Part shown: piece by piece, positions 15,813 to 19,376 of the stretch
Layout of the letters: each line of letters opens with the position of its first letter
How positions within the stretch are numbered: the stretch's first letter is position 1
From: a virus
Reading direction: 5' to 3' (one strand)
DNA: 19,376 nucleotides
UHGV virus genome: UHGV-1605165
Program-made: the position numbers and the translations under genes
The notes under the pieces: model-generated
The model's input: only the letters and a program-made list of their open reading frames with translations
What the model was told of the DNA's origin: nothing
Database searches by the model: none

Positions 15813-16596
15813 ATTCCTCCTCCTCACCACCATGCATGATCTCCACCATGCGCTGCGTCATCCGGACAAATCCATTTTCAATAGCCTGCTGATAATCAAT
15901 GATCACCAGCGCCGACTCCTCGAAAAAACACTGAATTTCAGAGGGGGCGTGAGCGTAATAGTCCGCAATTCTGCTGAAATTAAACACCGTGTGACGTTCT
16001 GCCGCACACAGGAGGAATTTCTCAATATCAGGCTCAAGGGACGCCGAACGTATCCGGCTGATCAGCTCCTGAGTTTTCGTATCGTCGTACAGTTCACTGA
16101 TATCCGGTTTACCGCCCGACGGCTCATAAACAGGCGTATCAATTTTCGTCGTATACGGCTCCTCCTCATTTCCTGTACCGGGCAAAACATCCGTCAACAG
16201 TTCATCAATTTCTGTCGGGATGAAGCCTGTCAGGGAGACATCAAAATCAGCATTGATTAGGTCCGACAGCTCCATCCGCAACAGATCTTCATCCCAGCCA
16301 GCATTCATCGGCAGGCGATTATCTGCCAGGCGGTACGCCTTTTTCTGCTCATCCGTCAGGCCAGACAGAACAATGACCGGAACAGAATCCATTTTGAGCA
16401 TTTCAGCCGCCATAACACGACCGTGACCCGCAATAATTTCGCCCTTTTCGTCAATCAGCACCGGATTAGTCCAGCCGAATTGCTTAATACTTTCTACCAG
16501 TTGTGCCACCTGCTCAGTACTGTGCGTCCTGGCGTTGTGCGCATACGGTGACAATTCTTGTAATGGGCGATAGACTATCTTTAATTTCTCGCTCAT
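15805..16596 (-). CDS. ParB/Srx-like nuclease-domain protein
   Basis: N-terminal SPYAHNARTHSTEQVAQLVESIKQFGWTNPVLIDEKGEIIAGHGRVMAAEMLKMDSVPVIV matches the ParB N-terminal domain signature (GxxR box). ~160-aa acidic C-terminal region with no motif I recognise. ATG 16596. Confidence 0.7.
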   Translation of the reverse strand: MSEKLKIVYRPLQELSPYAHNARTHSTEQVAQLVESIKQFGWTNPVLIDEKGEIIAGHGRVMAAEMLKMDSVPVIVLSGLTDEQKKAYRLADNRLPMNAGWDEDLLRMELSDLINADFDVSLTGFIPTEIDELLTDVLPGTGNEEEPYTTKIDTPVYEPSGGKPDISELYDDTKTQELISRIRSASLEPDIEKFLLCAAERHTVFNFSRIADYYAHAPSEIQCFFEESALVIIDYQQAIENGFVRMTQRMVEIMHGGEEEEYA

Positions 16597-16610
16597 ACAG
16601 CCTTGCTTTA

Positions 16611-16647
16611 TGAATAAAACGCACCCCAGCAGCCAGTGCTACTGGGG
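16611..16647 (-). terminator. putative intrinsic terminator downstream of trkG
   Basis: Minus-strand RNA: CCCCAGUAG-CACUGG-CUGCUGGGG (9-bp stem with one U-G wobble) followed by UGCGUUUUAUU; in the 137-bp gap between the trkG stop and the ParB-like start. Confidence 0.45.
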
Positions 16648-16733
16648 ACGGAGGTGTTGCTGGTAAAGTTAGGTATTGGATCAATGAGTGAGTCAACATA
16701 ATATTAAACTCACAATTATAAATCAGCCATATA

Positions 16734-18191
16734 TTAGGAGCGCCAAAAAAAACCTGAAAACAATATAATAACAGGATAAATTTCAAGGCGACCAAGAATC
16801 ATAGCTATGCACATTAAACATTTTGCAATGTCATTAAGCACTCCGAATGACGATGCAGTAGCCCCAAAACCTAATCCCATATTATTAATACATGCAGCCA
16901 CTGTTGCAAATGATGTAAGAAAATCATATCCCATACCATTTAACACCAGTATAAAAAACACCGTGAAGAGAGTATAAAGAAAAAAGAAACTCCATACAGA
17001 CCTCATTACACGATCTGTAACTATCTTCCCTCCTACATTTACACTCAACAACGCTCTGGGATGAGAAAGCTGATTTATCTCGTGTTTGCTTTGTTTGAAA
17101 AGTATAAGAAATCGAAGTGACTTAATTCCACCACAAGTTGAACCTATACATCCCCCAAAGAAACTTGACAACAGCAAAAACACTATCGTGTGCGTGGGCC
17201 AACTTGCATAATCCTGCGTAGCTAAACCATTATCAGTGAGCATGGAGCTGGCAAGAAAAAACGAATGAATAAAACTTCCATGCAAGTCATACATACCTAT
17301 ATGCCAGACCTGGAAAGAGGTAACAATGATCACACCTAAGGCTATTAACAGAAAGAAACGAAGTTCAATATCTCTGATTAAAGGTTTTATCGTTTTCCTG
17401 CTAATAACAATATACCAAAGAGTGAAGTTGAAAGCCGATAGCAGGGAAAAAGAACCAGCCACCAGCTCAACCAAATAGTTATTAAAATATCCGATACTCT
17501 CGCTATGAGTTGAGAAACCACCAAGCGAAACTGTGGAAATCCCGTGACAAATAGCATCAAACAAAGGCATTCCTGCAAGTCTATAACAGACAATACAAGC
17601 AATACCTAATAAAGAATAAGTTATCCACAGTGTCCGTGACGTATCGGCCAGGCGGGGAGTGAGTTTGTCATCCTTAAATGGCCCCGGCATTTCTGACTGA
17701 TAAAGCTTTGCACCACCAATACCCAATAATGGCAATACAGCAACCGCCAGAACAATAACTCCTAAACCACCTATAAAATTTAACTGTGACCGATAGTACA
17801 AATATGCCCGAGGTAATGAACTAACATCATCAATTACAGTTGCTCCTGTTGTTGTTATTCCAGAAACCCCTTCAAACAGAGCATCAATGAACGTTAAATT
17901 AAGTTCTGAGTCAATCCATAAAGGGAATGCACTAATAACAGAAAACAAAATCCAAAACATTACAATTATAATAAACCCATCACGGGTACGTAATTGAATG
18001 CCAGATTTCTTAGTTGTATACCACGCTCCGCCACCAATGCAAAAAAATATAACGAAAGTTATAAAGAAAACAAACAGGCTTTTTTCTTTATAAAACAATG
18101 CTACAACCATTGGTGGCAACATTGAAAGACTATAGAGCCAAACCAGGAACCCACACATATGAGTAACAACTCTTACATGAGATGTATTCAT
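16734..18191 (-). CDS. trkG: Trk-system K+ uptake protein TrkG (TrkH family), prophage moron
   Basis: Polytopic membrane protein with TrkH-family segments FEGVSGITTTGATV, GGLGVIVLAVAVLPLLGIGGAKLYQSEMPGPFKDDKLTPRLADT and C-terminal GRLEIYPVIILFSGFFWRS. Likely start ATG 18191 (MNTSHVRVV..., 485 aa) rather than the TTG at 18209. Markedly AT-rich compared with flanks. E. coli K-12 trkG lies in the Rac prophage next to Rz-like genes. Confidence 0.9.
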   Translation of the reverse strand: MNTSHVRVVTHMCGFLVWLYSLSMLPPMVVALFYKEKSLFVFFITFVIFFCIGGGAWYTTKKSGIQLRTRDGFIIIVMFWILFSVISAFPLWIDSELNLTFIDALFEGVSGITTTGATVIDDVSSLPRAYLYYRSQLNFIGGLGVIVLAVAVLPLLGIGGAKLYQSEMPGPFKDDKLTPRLADTSRTLWITYSLLGIACIVCYRLAGMPLFDAICHGISTVSLGGFSTHSESIGYFNNYLVELVAGSFSLLSAFNFTLWYIVISRKTIKPLIRDIELRFFLLIALGVIIVTSFQVWHIGMYDLHGSFIHSFFLASSMLTDNGLATQDYASWPTHTIVFLLLSSFFGGCIGSTCGGIKSLRFLILFKQSKHEINQLSHPRALLSVNVGGKIVTDRVMRSVWSFFFLYTLFTVFFILVLNGMGYDFLTSFATVAACINNMGLGFGATASSFGVLNDIAKCLMCIAMILGRLEIYPVIILFSGFFWRS

Positions 18192-18328
18192 ATCTAAATA
18201 TTCTTTCAATTATAACCACCTTGCTGCAATATTATGATTATACTGTATAAAATTTAACTCCTCTTAGATCTTACTTCACTGTTCCTTATGAAACAATCAT
18301 CAAAATGAATCATATTGTAGTTAAGATT

Positions 18329-18793
18329 TTACTTTAAACACTGCTCGGTTATGTATTGCTGAGCACCTTCAAGTTGGGCCTGCATCATTACCAGTCGTTC
18401 CCGGAGGGTGAAATAATCCCGTTCAGCGGTGTCTGCCAGTCGGGGGGAGGCTGCATTATCCACGCCGGAGGCGGTGGTGGCTTCACGCACTGACTGACAG
18501 ACTGCTTTGATGTGCAACCGACGACGACCAGCGGCAACATCATCACGCAGAGCATCATTTTCAGCTTTCGCATCAGCTAACTCCTTCGTGTATTTTGCAT
18601 CGAGCGCAGCAACATCACGCTGACGCATCTGCATCTCAGTAATTGCCGCGTTCGCCAGCTTCAGTTCTCTGGCATTTTTGTCGCGCTGGGCTTTGTAGGT
18701 AATGGCGTTATCGCGGTAATGATTAACAGCCCATGACAGGCAGACGATGATGCAGATAACCAGAGCGGAGATAATCGCGGTTACTCTGCTCAT
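18329..18793 (-). CDS. Rz: i-spanin Rz
   Basis: [51 protein letters not shown]... is near-identical to lambda Rz as I recall it; start overlaps the R stop (ATGA). Confidence 0.9.
   Translation of the reverse strand: MSRVTAIISALVICIIVCLSWAVNHYRDNAITYKAQRDKNARELKLANAAITEMQMRQRDVAALDAKYTKELADAKAENDALRDDVAAGRRRLHIKAVCQSVREATTASGVDNAASPRLADTAERDYFTLRERLVMMQAQLEGAQQYITEQCLK
18388..18573 (-). CDS. Rz1: o-spanin Rz1 (lipoprotein), embedded in the +1 frame of Rz
   Basis: [56 protein letters not shown]...: lipobox LVVVGC and proline-rich core, matching lambda Rz1; wholly inside Rz. Confidence 0.85.
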   Translation of the reverse strand: MRKLKMMLCVMMLPLVVVGCTSKQSVSQCVKPPPPPAWIMQPPPDWQTPLNGIISPSGNDW

Positions 18794-19266
18794 ACCTCAA
18801 TCTCTCTGACCGTTCCGCCTGCTTCTTTGAATTTTGCAATCAGGCTGTCAGCCTTATGCTCGAACTGACCATAACCAGCACCCGGCAGTGAAGCCCAGAT
18901 ATTGCTGCAACGGTCAATTGCCTGACGAATATCACCGCGATCAATCATCGGTAAAGCGCCACGCTCTTTAATCTGCTGCAATGCCACAGCGTCCTGGCTT
19001 TTGGGGGAGAAGTCTTTCAAACCAAGCTGTTTACGGTAAGCATCCCACCAACGGGAAAGAAGCTGATAACGTCCGGCAGCTGTTGATTTAAGTTTCGGGT
19101 TTAGCGTGACAAGTTTGCGAGGATGATCGGAGTAATCAGTAAACAGTTCACCACCAACAATAACATCATAACCGTGGTTACGTGTCGGTTGTCGCCCGTT
19201 ATCCGTTCCCTCTGACCACGCCAACATATCGAGGAAAGCTTTACGCTGAGGATTAAGATTTTGCAT
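18790..19266 (-). CDS. R: endolysin, lambda R-type lytic transglycosylase
   Basis: 158 aa; [66 protein letters not shown]... is near-identical to lambda R as I recall it. Confidence 0.93.
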   Translation of the reverse strand: MQNLNPQRKAFLDMLAWSEGTDNGRQPTRNHGYDVIVGGELFTDYSDHPRKLVTLNPKLKSTAAGRYQLLSRWWDAYRKQLGLKDFSPKSQDAVALQQIKERGALPMIDRGDIRQAIDRCSNIWASLPGAGYGQFEHKADSLIAKFKEAGGTVREIEV

Positions 19267-19376
19267 TTTTCACCCCTGTCAGTCGTTCCCAGAAGTACGT
19301 CAGTGCAACCGAACCCATCGCACCACTAATCCCCGCTGTCGCGAGAATCATGTAAATACTGAATCCACTTTCGATA
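19253..19376 (-). CDS. putative holin, 3' part only (5' end beyond window)
   Basis: Open frame entering from the window edge and ending TAA 19255..19253, overlapping the R start by 14 nt: ...[40 protein letters not shown], a hydrophobic TM segment then a short charged tail. Position directly upstream of the endolysin. Does not match the lambda S C-terminus I recall. Confidence 0.45.
   Translation of the reverse strand, partial: IESGFSIYMILATAGISGAMGSVALTYFWERLTGVKNAKS

Noticed and set aside
15443-16426. ORFs 15443..15736(-), 15832..16260(+), 16220..16426(+)
   Set aside because: Alternative-frame or antisense within the GT-A-like and ParB-like genes.
16514-16795. Minus-strand 93-aa ORF spanning the trkG-ParB gap
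   Set aside because: Overlaps the 3' end of trkG and the 5' end of the ParB-like gene and runs through the putative terminator hairpin; likely spurious.
17387-17602. Minus-strand 71-aa ORF inside trkG
   Set aside because: Alternative frame of an AT-rich membrane-protein gene.
18210-18328. Possible sigma-70 promoter for trkG in the AT-rich Rz-trkG gap
   Set aside because: Two TATAAT hexamers are present on the coding strand, but neither has a -35 element better than 3-4/6 at 16-18 bp spacing; not confident enough to annotate.
1-19376. Search for CRISPR arrays, tRNA genes, integrase/transposase or IS ends
   Set aside because: No spacer-interleaved direct repeat arrays, no cloverleaf-like GC-rich ~75-nt segments in the short intergenic gaps, and no recombinase-like ORFs were seen; the window is entirely late-operon structural, lysis and cargo genes.

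Overview
This 19.4-kb window is one continuous minus-strand late region of a lambdoid (Rac-like) enterobacterial prophage; I find no convincing plus-strand genes, tRNAs, CRISPR arrays, integrases or IS elements. In transcription order (high to low coordinate): holin 3' part (window edge), lambda-type endolysin R, spanins Rz/Rz1 (embedded), the AT-rich K+ transporter moron trkG, a ParB/Srx-like nuclease-domain gene translationally coupled to a GT-A-fold glycosyltransferase-like gene, a small HTH gene, TerS, TerL, portal, head-morphogenesis protein, scaffold, P22-type coat, a 58-codon ORF absent from the ORF track, four tightly coupled head-tail joining genes, tail tube, tail assembly chaperone G with a -1 frameshift extension (G-T), lambda H-like tape measure, M, and the 5' part of L. 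Superimposed are several UUCG-tetraloop terminator/attenuator hairpins and a TGCGCA/T-tract array inside TerS. The best candidate for an undescribed system is the ParB-like + GT-A-like pair between the lysis/trkG cargo and the packaging genes. All protein calls rest on motifs and sequences I recognise by eye plus gene order; no database search was run.
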